A DNA stretch of 64,000 nt from SAR202 cluster bacterium (GCA_008373095.1 RQOP01000036.1:12725-76724); one strand, 5' to 3'; shown: positions 8,715 to 18,836, counted from the stretch's first letter. Made by a program: numbers and translations. Notes: generated by a model not told the origin, from the letters alone.

Positions 8715-10440
8715 TTACGTGGTCAGTAGCATACGGTCGGGTATTTTTGGGAACGATTTTTGAACGATCACAACTGCCTGTGGGGCATCTGTCTTCTTCG
8801 ATATGCAATCTGAAATCTTCTTCAAAATGAGTGATAGCAGATCGGATGGGCCCAAAACCTAATTGGCCATGTCCGCAAAGTGAACCAGCTTCCATCGTGC
8901 CACCGACGCTTTTCATTAGATCCATATCACCTGGTTTACTTTCGTAATTAGCTATCCTTTCTACAATTTCTAGTAAATGTTCCATCCCCAATCTGCATGG
9001 AAAGCATTTTCCACAAGATTCAAATTGGCAGAAGGCGACCAGTACCCTAGTCAAATCGACAGCACAAACCCTATCGCTTCCAACAATTATTCCTCCAGAT
9101 CCAAATATAGCCCCAGCGCTTCTCATCTCGTCGAAATCTATATGAATGTCTTTGCTATCTGGGCCTAAGACTCCCCCTAATGGACCTCCTGTCTGCAGGA
9201 GTTTTAGTTGGCCGTCGTTACTCACACCACCTCCCAAGTCATCTATAACTTCTCCAAGGGTCAATCCCATAGGGACTTCATAGAGACCAGGCCTATTTAC
9301 ATCTCCACTTAAACACACTATTGCGGTACCTGTGCTTTGGTTGACGCCGATGGAAGAAAACCAGTCTGCTCCCCTTGAAATTATTTCAGGAGCATATGAC
9401 AGAGACTTGACATTGTTAATATTACTTGGTTTCCCCCAGACTCCAAATGCTGCAGGAAATGGCGGCCTGTATCTGGGCATAGATCTTTTACCTTCTACGG
9501 CTTCCATTAGAGCTGTTTCTTCCCCAGCAACATAAGATTCACCAGTTAGAGCCACCTCTATGTCGAAGCTAAAATCTGTTCCTAAGATATTTTCCCCTAG
9601 AAGACCTGATTCATAAGCTTGTTCAATAGCTTTTTCAGTTCTATTAATTGGTCCATCATGTCCATGCCTGATAAAAACTACCCCATTGGAGGCTCCAGTG
9701 GCATATCCAGCAATAGCGAGCCCTTCCAACAAGGTGTGTGGATCGCTCTCTAATATTCCTTTGTCATTATAGGCACCAGGATCTCCTTCTTCGCAATTGC
9801 ATAGGATGTATTTGGTTGGGCCTGGAGATCCGACTAAGAAACTCCATTTAACACCTGTTGGGAATGCAGCTCCCCCTCTTCCTCTAAGGCCTGAGTTTTT
9901 TACCTCGTCGATAACATCTGTGGGAGACATATTGGACAGAGCCTTATTTAGCCCGCTATACCCACCATTCGCTATGTATTGGTTTATGTCATATGGTGAC
10001 GTGTGTCCGGCATTTCTTAGTGCTATTCTGTTTTGTAGCCTCATGCCTGGCATTGATTCAAGAGAAGCCTCATCGTCTTGCGGACCTTCTTCTCCTAAAT
10101 ACCCGAAAACTTTTTCTTTTGGATATCCATCAGAAACCAAATACTCGTCAATTATTTGGCTAATATCTTCAGGTCCTACATTGTTGAAGAAAAGTCTTGA
10201 TTTACCCGGCTTTTTTATGTCTACAAGGGGCTCTGCATAACAAAGGCCTAGGCATCCAACTTCCTGTACATTGGCTTCTATTCCCTTTGTTTCCATGTAT
10301 TCTTTGAGGGTTTCCAGTACCCTGAAAGCACCAGCTGCGTGTCCGCACATGGCTGTGCCGATTCTAATCAAAGGGACTCTGCCATTGGTCATTTCATCCC
10401 ATTCAGTTTTGGCTTTAGAGGCAATTTCTTGGTAATTCAT
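8704..10440 (-). CDS. NuoF/HoxF/FdsB-like NAD(H)-binding FMN Fe-S subunit with N-terminal thioredoxin-like domain
   Basis: 578-aa ORF. Motifs: GLRGRGGAAFPTGVKW (FMN/NADH site) and ESCGKCFPCRLG (N3-type 4Fe-4S). The N-terminal ~100 aa carry Cys pairs, as in HydB/HndC-type subunits. Overlaps the NuoG-like start by 11 nt. Confidence 0.85.
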   Translation of the reverse strand: MNYQEIASKAKTEWDEMTNGRVPLIRIGTAMCGHAAGAFRVLETLKEYMETKGIEANVQEVGCLGLCYAEPLVDIKKPGKSRLFFNNVGPEDISQIIDEYLVSDGYPKEKVFGYLGEEGPQDDEASLESMPGMRLQNRIALRNAGHTSPYDINQYIANGGYSGLNKALSNMSPTDVIDEVKNSGLRGRGGAAFPTGVKWSFLVGSPGPTKYILCNCEEGDPGAYNDKGILESDPHTLLEGLAIAGYATGASNGVVFIRHGHDGPINRTEKAIEQAYESGLLGENILGTDFSFDIEVALTGESYVAGEETALMEAVEGKRSMPRYRPPFPAAFGVWGKPSNINNVKSLSYAPEIISRGADWFSSIGVNQSTGTAIVCLSGDVNRPGLYEVPMGLTLGEVIDDLGGGVSNDGQLKLLQTGGPLGGVLGPDSKDIHIDFDEMRSAGAIFGSGGIIVGSDRVCAVDLTRVLVAFCQFESCGKCFPCRLGMEHLLEIVERIANYESKPGDMDLMKSVGGTMEAGSLCGHGQLGFGPIRSAITHFEEDFRLHIEEDRCPTGSCDRSKIVPKNTRPYATDHVIGE

Positions 10441-10456
10441 TAGCTACTCTGGCCTG

Positions 10457-10945
10457 TCAGTGGGTTGTTTTGTTTTGATCAAGATCGCCTAATAATTTCT
10501 CTGCCATGTCTGAATCAACGTTTCCGTATAATTCATGATCAAGACTCAAAACTGGAGCCTGTGAACAAGCCCCAAGGCATGTATTGAAACGGAATGAGAC
10601 TTTGCCATCTTCGGTGTCACCTTCTGAAACCAAACCTAGTTTGGCGAGAACTATCTCCAATATTTCAGTAGACCCTTTTAGGTGGCAGGTGGGTCCCCAG
10701 CAAACTTCGACTGAATGTTCTCCTGGCGGCGTGAATCTGAAATTAGGGTAGAAAGAGGCAACACCAAATACAGAATTAATTGAGGTGTTGGAGTGAACCG
10801 CGACCTCTTCTATTGCTTCTTCAGGGATGTAACCTATTGAGTCCTGAATTGCCAGCAAAGATGATAGTACAGTGACTGTAGGCCGTTTTTGAGAATCAAT
10901 GGCCTCTTTAATGCTAGTCCTGAGATTGTCTTTTTCAGTTGTCAA
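10457..10945 (-). CDS. NuoE/HoxE-like 2Fe-2S subunit
   Basis: 162-aa ORF (TTG start). Thioredoxin-like 2Fe-2S ligands CWGPTCHLKG ... CLGACSQAP. Confidence 0.85.
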   Translation of the reverse strand: MTTEKDNLRTSIKEAIDSQKRPTVTVLSSLLAIQDSIGYIPEEAIEEVAVHSNTSINSVFGVASFYPNFRFTPPGEHSVEVCWGPTCHLKGSTEILEIVLAKLGLVSEGDTEDGKVSFRFNTCLGACSQAPVLSLDHELYGNVDSDMAEKLLGDLDQNKTTH

Positions 10946-11010
10946 AGACGCCTATCCTGATCTTTGTAAAAATTGTCACAAGCATATCATAGGGGCCTTC
11001 CTAGGACAAT

Positions 11011-12330
11011 TCATTTGATTTTGAGATTTTGCAACGCTAAAGCGGCCATTTTCCTACCCATACCAACACTGTAATTTGTGCCTCTATCCTGAGGGTACAC
11101 CTGCGAGGTGTTTGCTAGGTAAAGATTTTGTATCCCAGTTTCATGTTCCGGTATATTTATGCTGTAGTTTGTATCTACCACCGGTTGGGCATTAGGTATT
11201 TTGTAATGGTGATATTCCTTTACCCATTCGCGTTTGAAATTCGGGTTTATTTTTTTTAAATGGGGAAGGTAGGTATTCAACAATTCCTCGCCACCCATTT
11301 TGTACATAAGGTCGGTTTCCGCCAAATAGTTTGATAAATAGACTATATGGTTGTCCCCATAGATTTCTGATCCTACCAAGTTGGTATGTTCAATTACTCC
11401 TATGAATGGAATAGATCTATCAGCTATGTTTAGCCAATACACATCGGACAGTGGACGATCCATTATAAGTATGATTAATACCGCAGCCATGTAGTTTACA
11501 TTTGCAAGCTTACTCCTATATTTTTCTGAAAGACCTTCCGTGATCGTGTTAAAAATGTGCGAAGGAGTGGACGATATGACAGCGTCGAAAACCTCTTCAG
11601 ATTCTTGTTGGCCGATTGACATTGAAATATGGCCAGAATCCAACCCTTTTATTCTGTTAATTCGGGTGGCCAAAAATATTTCAGTCGCGTTGTTCTCACA
11701 GGACTCAGCTAATTTTCGGAATAGCTGAGAGAAACTTCCTCTCGGGTAACCCAAGACCTCCTTTGCAAACAGATTTCTTCTAGATGCAAATCGTGTGGTC
11801 ATTTTCCCCCATATCCACGCCATACTTATTTTATCGTGGTTTTCTTCTCCAAACTTGCCCCGTAGCATTGGTTGCCAAAATGAATCATATATTTCCTGAT
11901 TAGTGTTTTGGATTAACCATTCTTTTGCAGATATGGACTCAAGTTTTTGCCAATCTTTTATGTACCTTATTTTCAATGATGATAGCCCCATTTTCACTCT
12001 ATTTAGCAAACTTAGTGGGCTAAACTTCATCAGGTCCAATGGGGTAAGAAAGCTATATATGTGACCGTCCTGATATGTTCCTACACTCGATGGGAACCAT
12101 TCGATAATTTCGTGCAGGCCCATCTCATTTATTAACGATAGGATGTCTTCGTCATTTGTGAACCAATGATGATATCCTTTTTCAAGTTCAGTTCCTGCAA
12201 CTTCAAAAGTAGAAGCATGTCCACCAATGAAATCAGAAGACTCAAAAATTTTAACTTCATGACCTTTACTTGAAAGATCATAGGCTGCTGCTAATCCCGT
12301 GGCTCCAGCTCCTATAATCCCAAATTTCAT
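11011..12330 (-). CDS. FAD/NAD(P)-binding oxidoreductase (amine oxidase / phytoene desaturase-like fold)
   Basis: 439-aa ORF. N-terminal dinucleotide fold MKFGIIGAGATGLAAAYDLSSKGHEVKIFESSDFIGGH. Confidence 0.7.
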   Translation of the reverse strand: MKFGIIGAGATGLAAAYDLSSKGHEVKIFESSDFIGGHASTFEVAGTELEKGYHHWFTNDEDILSLINEMGLHEIIEWFPSSVGTYQDGHIYSFLTPLDLMKFSPLSLLNRVKMGLSSLKIRYIKDWQKLESISAKEWLIQNTNQEIYDSFWQPMLRGKFGEENHDKISMAWIWGKMTTRFASRRNLFAKEVLGYPRGSFSQLFRKLAESCENNATEIFLATRINRIKGLDSGHISMSIGQQESEEVFDAVISSTPSHIFNTITEGLSEKYRSKLANVNYMAAVLIILIMDRPLSDVYWLNIADRSIPFIGVIEHTNLVGSEIYGDNHIVYLSNYLAETDLMYKMGGEELLNTYLPHLKKINPNFKREWVKEYHHYKIPNAQPVVDTNYSINIPEHETGIQNLYLANTSQVYPQDRGTNYSVGMGRKMAALALQNLKIK

Positions 12331-12359
12331 GTGTTCCCTTTTTGATTATTTGGTTTAGT

Positions 12360-13388
12360 TTATACCTGACGCCGAAGTTTTCTCATTGAGAGACCATCAT
12401 TCCATAGAAACAGCTGGCCTAACAAGACAATTGGAAGTATAAGGCACAAATGAGTGAGGGCGGCAAAGGCTGCAGCTTCGGATCTGGAAACTCGCACTGT
12501 TTCAATTACTATAAGACTTTCACGCGCTAATAACTCAAATAAACCAATTCCGCCTGGCAGTGATGGAATCGATGCTCCTATGTTAGTTATGGCGGTAATG
12601 CTTGCGGCTGAGGCAAATACATGGAAAACGCTAGTACCGTTTGGGATTATATTTAGACTGATCAAAACAGAGTGAAATAGGACTGCTTCAAGTATCCATA
12701 TAGGTAAGGATAAAATTAAAGCTCTGCATGTGATCTTCCAGCTAGTCAAAGAATTCAGTCCGCTGATTAAATCTTCAGTAAATTGATCAACCTTTGATGC
12801 CAGACTATTTGGTAGACGGGAAGTTAATTTGTTGAAGATAGCTAAGGCTTTTTGCGTATTTACTGCGATTGCTGTTAAAAGAAGGAATACTATTGCAAAT
12901 GGTAAAGTGAAAAGTGCAACCAAAATAGACCCGTTTATTTTGGTGATATCAGCCAATCTTGAGAAAATTTCGTCAAATGGCACAAATACAGAGGACCCAA
13001 TGAGGATTGCAATAAGAGCCAAACCATCCATGATTCGTTCGATAAATATTGTGCTCAGAGCGGTCGCTGTTGAAACTTCCTCTTTGTTTTTGAGGTAATA
13101 CCCTCTCACCAGTTCTCCCAACCGAAATGGAAGTATGTTGTTTGCCATATATCCTATTACCACGATCGGAAACAATGTTCCGACATTGATAATTTTTATC
13201 CGGCTTAGGAGCACCTGCCATCTCAATGTGCGGAACCAAACTCCGATAAAGTAGGCTACTATTCCGGGGACGAGGACCAGATAATTTGCACTGAGAAACG
13301 TGTGCCACATTTCTCTGAGATCAGTAGTAAATGCGAATATTAGTAGTAGTATTACTCCCGATATCAGCAATAATGAAGATCTTTTCAA
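12360..13388 (-). CDS. Polytopic membrane protein, lysylphosphatidylglycerol-synthase-TM / flippase-like (UPF0104-like)
   Basis: 342-aa ORF with about 8 hydrophobic segments. RWQVLL and LPFRLGELVR motifs resemble the flippase-like domain family. The assignment is from memory. Confidence 0.6.
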   Translation of the reverse strand: MKRSSLLLISGVILLLIFAFTTDLREMWHTFLSANYLVLVPGIVAYFIGVWFRTLRWQVLLSRIKIINVGTLFPIVVIGYMANNILPFRLGELVRGYYLKNKEEVSTATALSTIFIERIMDGLALIAILIGSSVFVPFDEIFSRLADITKINGSILVALFTLPFAIVFLLLTAIAVNTQKALAIFNKLTSRLPNSLASKVDQFTEDLISGLNSLTSWKITCRALILSLPIWILEAVLFHSVLISLNIIPNGTSVFHVFASAASITAITNIGASIPSLPGGIGLFELLARESLIVIETVRVSRSEAAAFAALTHLCLILPIVLLGQLFLWNDGLSMRKLRRQV

Positions 13389-13422
13389 ACCCCGTCCTTA
13401 TTGGTATTAGCTAGGATGAATA

Positions 13423-15603
13423 CTATTTTCTGTAAATATCTGCGCCAAAATTTATTTTTGGGAAATCTTTCTTAGTATAAAGATATGCATCTTCACTTCC
13501 GATGCTTTCGCCGACACCTTTTCGGAATAACCAGTATTCAAGGTAGGTATTCCAATGCCTTGTATCCACTAATTTATTGATAAGACTTAATGTATTAAGG
13601 TCCCTGTATGTGTGTTCGGGAAACCACCATCTGTGAGGTATTCTAATGGGAGCAGTGTAATCCTTGGATAAAGCCCTATCTGCCGCGAGATGATTTGATG
13701 AATGGACGATCACCATTGCTGCTTGATTATGTGGGTTATATGACTCAGGATTTAGTTTAGGATACAGCACATTTTTATGGTTTCTCAGGTACCAGGACCA
13801 CGGCCAAGTGAATCCATTAGTTTGATCTATAACAAATAAGTCGCTATCCCCAGATTTGTCTAAAGAGTAATTTTCTTGAATAGTGTTGTGTAATAGATGT
13901 ACATCCGGTGAGGTCTGAGTATAAACTAGCATTTCAACCGGTATATCCGAATGCACATAGTTTGTATAAATGGTTGTCCTTATTGTTAGTAATAGGAAAA
14001 GAGTGGCAGCGCCAGCAAACAAAAAAATAAGTGCTCCGTTTTTCCCTAAATTCTTGTAATTTTTCACCGCGCATATAGAAGTTGAAAGAATACATAAAAT
14101 CATTGCTAAGGCGATGGTAATTCTTAATCCTTGCTCTAGCCCAGAAGAGTACTTTGAAACAAACAAAATTAAAGCGAAAACCAAAGCAGGTATTATAAAT
14201 ATAATAAATTGATACATGGTAGGTTTGCCCATTAAAAGGATCCTACTAACTAAATCACCTATAAATTTTCCACCAAGCACTATCATCGGCAATGCTATAT
14301 TCACTAGAAGCCATGGCATTTTTTCACTAGCAACGGTGTATATAAATAGCGTTGTTATCATCCAATACAGAAGGAACAGATTGAATTTTTCCCGGGACTT
14401 TATGTAATAAAAGGTCGCAAGGGTGGTAAAGATAGCTGGTAAATATTCGTAGATTGGGATAAGAAATAGATAATATTGTGTTGGTTGTCCTCCTCTTCCC
14501 TCACCTTGCTGTACTATCCAGTACCCGAGCGATTGCCATATTCCCGACTGAACGCCTCCAGTAATGTTTGTAAACATAGTGGTGTAGGCCATTAGCCATA
14601 TTGCATAAAAAATTAACGCGCATTTAAACCAACTTTTCCAATGCCATTTGTATCCCATATAGGCCGAGGTCATCAGTAATCCGATCACAATTAAAAAAGC
14701 CAGTACTTTCCCACCGTGTGACGGCATACCAATGTTAGTAGTTCCTTCTCCCGATGCTAAAACCATATTCGACCATTCTAAGAATATGGTGTTTTGAAAA
14801 ATACTTGCGAAAGCAGACCATTGGGGTAGAGTCAGTGAAATTAGTATGATCAGGAGGGTAAAGGGTCTGCTATACGGCTGGGTGTAAAAACAATCTTTTA
14901 TTGTTCTCGATATCTTCACTGCATAAAACCATGCAAAGTTTGGATAGGATAGGGATTTTGCCTCAGAATCAGAAATTGAGTTTTTAAACGCATCATAGAT
15001 AGTTAATGCAGTCAAATATAACCCTAGTGTTCCTACGACTAAATAAGCACTTTCTTTTGTTGAAAAACTTAATGCAAGAAGGGCAGATATAACGTAAAGA
15101 TATCTTTTGTGCCCATACAACAAATATTTCCATATGGCTAAGACAAGTCCAAGAGTAAATACAGCCATAAGAATATCGTTTCTGGCAAACCTGCTGAAGT
15201 AAACCATCGTAGGGGATATGGTCAATAGAATCGATACAGAGATGGCTCCATATCTCCCCAATAAATCTTTTATGAAAATAGGCAATATGACTAAAATGCT
15301 TCCAGCAATGACATAGAGAAGTCGGGAAGTTGTGTCTGTGTCCCCAAAAATGAAAAAAATTAATGATGTTAATTCCATCTGTAGTGGGCCGTGGAGCATG
15401 GGATTGTGTATAAGTCCCGATCCTTGGAATAATTCCCACGAATAATAGGCATGCAGACTCTCATCATGATGCATGGCCCTGCTCGCCAAATCATAGGACC
15501 TCAGAAAAATAGCGACGACAACGATGCTGCTATATATAGCCCATTCTAATCGTAATGGGTTTGGAAAGTGCCTAGATCTAGCGGTTTTTAAAGAATGTTT
15601 CAA
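13423..15603 (-). CDS. GT-C-like integral membrane protein, TIGR03663-like (distant PMT/ArnT similarity)
   Basis: 726-aa highly hydrophobic ORF. The N-terminal region carries the DE dipeptide and HGP tripeptide (HHDESLHAYYSW...NPMLHGPLQ) that I recall as the invariants of TIGR03663. Overlaps the upstream YYY gene by 4 nt. Confidence 0.7.
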   Translation of the reverse strand: MKHSLKTARSRHFPNPLRLEWAIYSSIVVVAIFLRSYDLASRAMHHDESLHAYYSWELFQGSGLIHNPMLHGPLQMELTSLIFFIFGDTDTTSRLLYVIAGSILVILPIFIKDLLGRYGAISVSILLTISPTMVYFSRFARNDILMAVFTLGLVLAIWKYLLYGHKRYLYVISALLALSFSTKESAYLVVGTLGLYLTALTIYDAFKNSISDSEAKSLSYPNFAWFYAVKISRTIKDCFYTQPYSRPFTLLIILISLTLPQWSAFASIFQNTIFLEWSNMVLASGEGTTNIGMPSHGGKVLAFLIVIGLLMTSAYMGYKWHWKSWFKCALIFYAIWLMAYTTMFTNITGGVQSGIWQSLGYWIVQQGEGRGGQPTQYYLFLIPIYEYLPAIFTTLATFYYIKSREKFNLFLLYWMITTLFIYTVASEKMPWLLVNIALPMIVLGGKFIGDLVSRILLMGKPTMYQFIIFIIPALVFALILFVSKYSSGLEQGLRITIALAMILCILSTSICAVKNYKNLGKNGALIFLFAGAATLFLLLTIRTTIYTNYVHSDIPVEMLVYTQTSPDVHLLHNTIQENYSLDKSGDSDLFVIDQTNGFTWPWSWYLRNHKNVLYPKLNPESYNPHNQAAMVIVHSSNHLAADRALSKDYTAPIRIPHRWWFPEHTYRDLNTLSLINKLVDTRHWNTYLEYWLFRKGVGESIGSEDAYLYTKKDFPKINFGADIYRK

Positions 15604-17891
15604 TGCTCTATTTCAATAATCCTTATGTTGTCCATGCTGCCGAAGACCAAAGTTCCCATAGATCCGAATTTGACTAATTGATTATTGGTATATTGATTTA
15701 ATTCTTGTCTGCCAATGTAAACAAAATCTATTTCGTATTTATATAAAAGGGATTTTGCCTGGTCTATATTCGTTGTTGAGTAAATGATTTCTACGTCAGT
15801 GGCTCTTTGGTATATCTCAGGATTAGAATTTCTCCATTGGTTTTGGTGTCCTGGCCAGTTGACTATATTAGCGATTCCTGTATTTCTTGATATGAATCCT
15901 GATCCATCCCATTCTCCAACAGATTCTAAGATTCCTTGATTGATGTCTATATTGCTCTTTGCAAATTTGAGTGCTGACAACTCAGATTCTTTTAGACCTG
16001 AATCAGAGTCTCTGAAACCTGAAATATTAGATTCGCTAATTTTGGTCATGGCAGCAGCGGGGCTGTAGTAAAAGGCACATATGAGCATTAGGCAAGCTAT
16101 AAGAGTGTACAGATACTTGAAGAATTTGGGCGTGCGTATACTTCCTTTTGTCCACTGGTAAATGGAATAGGCTGAACATATTGATAAGAAAATCCATACT
16201 GGATAATGTAGTTTAAAGACCGTATTCATTCGATTTCCATATACGTCACCAATGTAAAAAAGTTCTGGTACCAATATCAAAAGCATAGATATAGAAAAAA
16301 TCGATAAAATTAGATTTCTGTGCGATAAGCCTTCTCGCCGGACTAAATTCAATAGAGTGAGATTAGATATAAGACAGAGAATTGTTACTGGTATGGCAAA
16401 GCTGAACATACTGTTAGCTTCCAAACCTATATTTGATGCAGGTATCAAGAATCGGATTAACCAAGGCATACCGGCTATAGCAAGTGAGAGGGCTATATCA
16501 GACTTCCAAGATTTGCCTATCGGGGTTGTCCCAAAATTCCATATTACTTGTGGTAGGGATAGGATCAGTAATGGGCCCCAAAGTACAATTCCATGTATCG
16601 TCGAAGTTTGGTATACAGTCCTTGATAACCCACTCACAGATGATTGAAAAGACCAAACATAAGGCAATAGGATTAATATCGATACTCCCAAGATGAGGGA
16701 CATAGATTTCACTAACGTGATTTTGGTGATAGGTTGTGGTGATAACCACTTTAGAAAGCAAACACCTAATAATACAGAGGCGCATATTGGCAACATCCAC
16801 ATGTTAATGAAGCAAACACAGCCAAAGGTACTTCCAACAAGCACAACTTTAGACCAGTAGGTTACATTAGGACGTTTGCTGACATCTCTCTTAAATAAAT
16901 CATAGACGAGGTAAAGGAAAACTAGAAAAAACGGTGTCACCATAACATGAGGATGTAAATCACCTAGAAGATAACTGAAAAAAGGGAATTCATTGATGGT
17001 GTAATCGAGGCCTTCATCTTCGCATGTGGGTCCAAAATAGTTGATAATTCTAGAGGTTTTGAACCACCACCAGAAGTCTGTAGGTCTCCAGCTGTCGACA
17101 GAAGTCATCACTGGATTTTGCATGCCATCGATGCAGACTTTTTTCCAAAATCCAACTGAGCCAACGGAGTTGATCCGGAAAAACTCCAGAATCCCTTGAA
17201 GATTCGCCATGAAAACTCCGCAGGCTGCTGCAATGAGACTGCAGGAAATTACCCTGAAATCAAATTTCTGACGTGATATTTTTAAAAATATGGCAGTTAG
17301 AGCGAATAGAATCGATCCTGTTATTGCAGGGATTGTAGCCAATGCTAAGTTATACGAGGCGAATGACGGGAGTTGTGAAATTTTTGTTAGTGTTCCAAAA
17401 ATCCAATATCCGAAATAGTAATAACTGATTACTTCCCCTTTGAACCATGGATCTAAGGGTTGCCCAGTAAGTGTATTTATCGATGCATTCAGAAAGGCGA
17501 AATCCATCGGTTGCTCAGTATGATCTATTCCTGGGTCTAAGTATCTTATTGTCAAGAAAACCAGGTAAATTAACAGGAATACTGCCTCTATCAGCAAGAT
17601 GATTCTATAATTGTGTTTAATTATTTGTTTTATAAAGCGCCATTTAATCGTACCGACTAATGCAGAACAGGCGGCCAGCCCGATTAAAAGCAATATGGCC
17701 GTTGTTTCAGTGACAGGGATTGTTTTTGAAGAAGAGATTAACCAGGTGACTAACGATAATAAAAGAATACCCAAAGGCTTGCTGATGGAATAACCCTTAT
17801 CAGGTATTGCTTTAAAGGGTTTCAGAAAAATAACAAAGGTGGAGATTCCTATCAATTCTATTAAGAGTAGCCAGACAATCCCATACAACAT
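15600..17891 (-). CDS. Chlor_Arch_YYY (TIGR03662/DUF2298-like) polytopic membrane protein
   Basis: 763-aa highly hydrophobic ORF with the family-defining YYYxG motif (EVISYYYFGYW; YYYFG = 17409..17423). Confidence 0.75.
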   Translation of the reverse strand: MLYGIVWLLLIELIGISTFVIFLKPFKAIPDKGYSISKPLGILLLSLVTWLISSSKTIPVTETTAILLLIGLAACSALVGTIKWRFIKQIIKHNYRIILLIEAVFLLIYLVFLTIRYLDPGIDHTEQPMDFAFLNASINTLTGQPLDPWFKGEVISYYYFGYWIFGTLTKISQLPSFASYNLALATIPAITGSILFALTAIFLKISRQKFDFRVISCSLIAAACGVFMANLQGILEFFRINSVGSVGFWKKVCIDGMQNPVMTSVDSWRPTDFWWWFKTSRIINYFGPTCEDEGLDYTINEFPFFSYLLGDLHPHVMVTPFFLVFLYLVYDLFKRDVSKRPNVTYWSKVVLVGSTFGCVCFINMWMLPICASVLLGVCFLKWLSPQPITKITLVKSMSLILGVSILILLPYVWSFQSSVSGLSRTVYQTSTIHGIVLWGPLLILSLPQVIWNFGTTPIGKSWKSDIALSLAIAGMPWLIRFLIPASNIGLEANSMFSFAIPVTILCLISNLTLLNLVRREGLSHRNLILSIFSISMLLILVPELFYIGDVYGNRMNTVFKLHYPVWIFLSICSAYSIYQWTKGSIRTPKFFKYLYTLIACLMLICAFYYSPAAAMTKISESNISGFRDSDSGLKESELSALKFAKSNIDINQGILESVGEWDGSGFISRNTGIANIVNWPGHQNQWRNSNPEIYQRATDVEIIYSTTNIDQAKSLLYKYEIDFVYIGRQELNQYTNNQLVKFGSMGTLVFGSMDNIRIIEIEH

Positions 17892-17912
17892 TTGCGAATT
17901 ATATAGAATGAG

Positions 17913-18836
17913 TTAATCGATTATGCCTGAAATGAATAATTCAGGATCAAAAACAGCAATGTCATCAAGTTGCTCCCCAGTACCTATAAACCAAATAGGT
18001 ATCTTTAATTGATCAGCAATTGCTACAGCTATCCCGCCTTTGGAAGTTCCGTCAAGCTTGCTAAGGAAAATCCCGTCTGGCTCTACAAATTTGGTAAATT
18101 CTGCAGCCTGCAATAATCCATTCTGCCCCGTTGTTCCATCTATAGTGAGAATGATTTTTACTGAAGATTCGACAGATTCTCTTTTAGCTATTTTTGATAT
18201 TTTTTTTAGTTCTTCCATCAGATTTGATTTACCTTGAAGTCTGCCAGCTGTATCTATGATAGCTACATCTATATCCCTACTTTTGGCAGCACCAATGGTG
18301 TCGAAGGCAACTGCTCCAGGATCTGAACCTGGAGCTTGGGCGATAACATTTATACCAAGTTTCTGACCCCATATTTGTATTTGGTCTATTGCGGCTGCCC
18401 TGAAGGTATCAGCAGCACCCAAAATTACTGTTAATTCCATATCTAATAGCAAACGTGCTAGTTTGGCTATTGAAGTGGTTTTGCCTACTCCGTTTACACC
18501 CACCATCACGAATACCGCCGGTTTTTCAATTTCCTCATCTAGATTTAGTTTATTGAGTTTAAGTATTTTTAATAATTCCTCCCGAAGTTCTTTTAGACAC
18601 TGCTGACTTGAGGATATTTTTTTTGTTCTTACAATTTCCTTTAAATTAGACACCACATTTTCGGCAACTGCTATTCCGGTATCTGCCGATATAAGGGTGT
18701 CTTCTAGATCTTCCCAGAAGTCGTCGTCTAATTCAGTGTTTCTGAATAAATCTCCCAATTGTCCGAAAAAAGAAGAGCGAGTTTTTTCAAGAGAATCAGT
18801 TAGCTGCTTTGGATTTTTTTTCTTGAAAATCTTCAT
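17913..18836 (-). CDS. ftsY: Signal recognition particle receptor FtsY
   Basis: 307-aa ORF. SRP GTPase motifs GVNGVGKTTSIAKLA, DTAGRL, and LSKLDGTSKGG in place of the TKLDG box. Confidence 0.95.
   Translation of the reverse strand: MKIFKKKNPKQLTDSLEKTRSSFFGQLGDLFRNTELDDDFWEDLEDTLISADTGIAVAENVVSNLKEIVRTKKISSSQQCLKELREELLKILKLNKLNLDEEIEKPAVFVMVGVNGVGKTTSIAKLARLLLDMELTVILGAADTFRAAAIDQIQIWGQKLGINVIAQAPGSDPGAVAFDTIGAAKSRDIDVAIIDTAGRLQGKSNLMEELKKISKIAKRESVESSVKIILTIDGTTGQNGLLQAAEFTKFVEPDGIFLSKLDGTSKGGIAVAIADQLKIPIWFIGTGEQLDDIAVFDPELFISGIID

Noticed and set aside
12973-16800. Same-strand, out-of-frame ORFs inside the membrane-protein genes (12973..13308, 14993..15439, 16498..16800).
   Set aside because: They are embedded in alternative frames of long hydrophobic genes whose primary frames carry family motifs (DE/HGP, YYYFG). 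They have no independent start signals.
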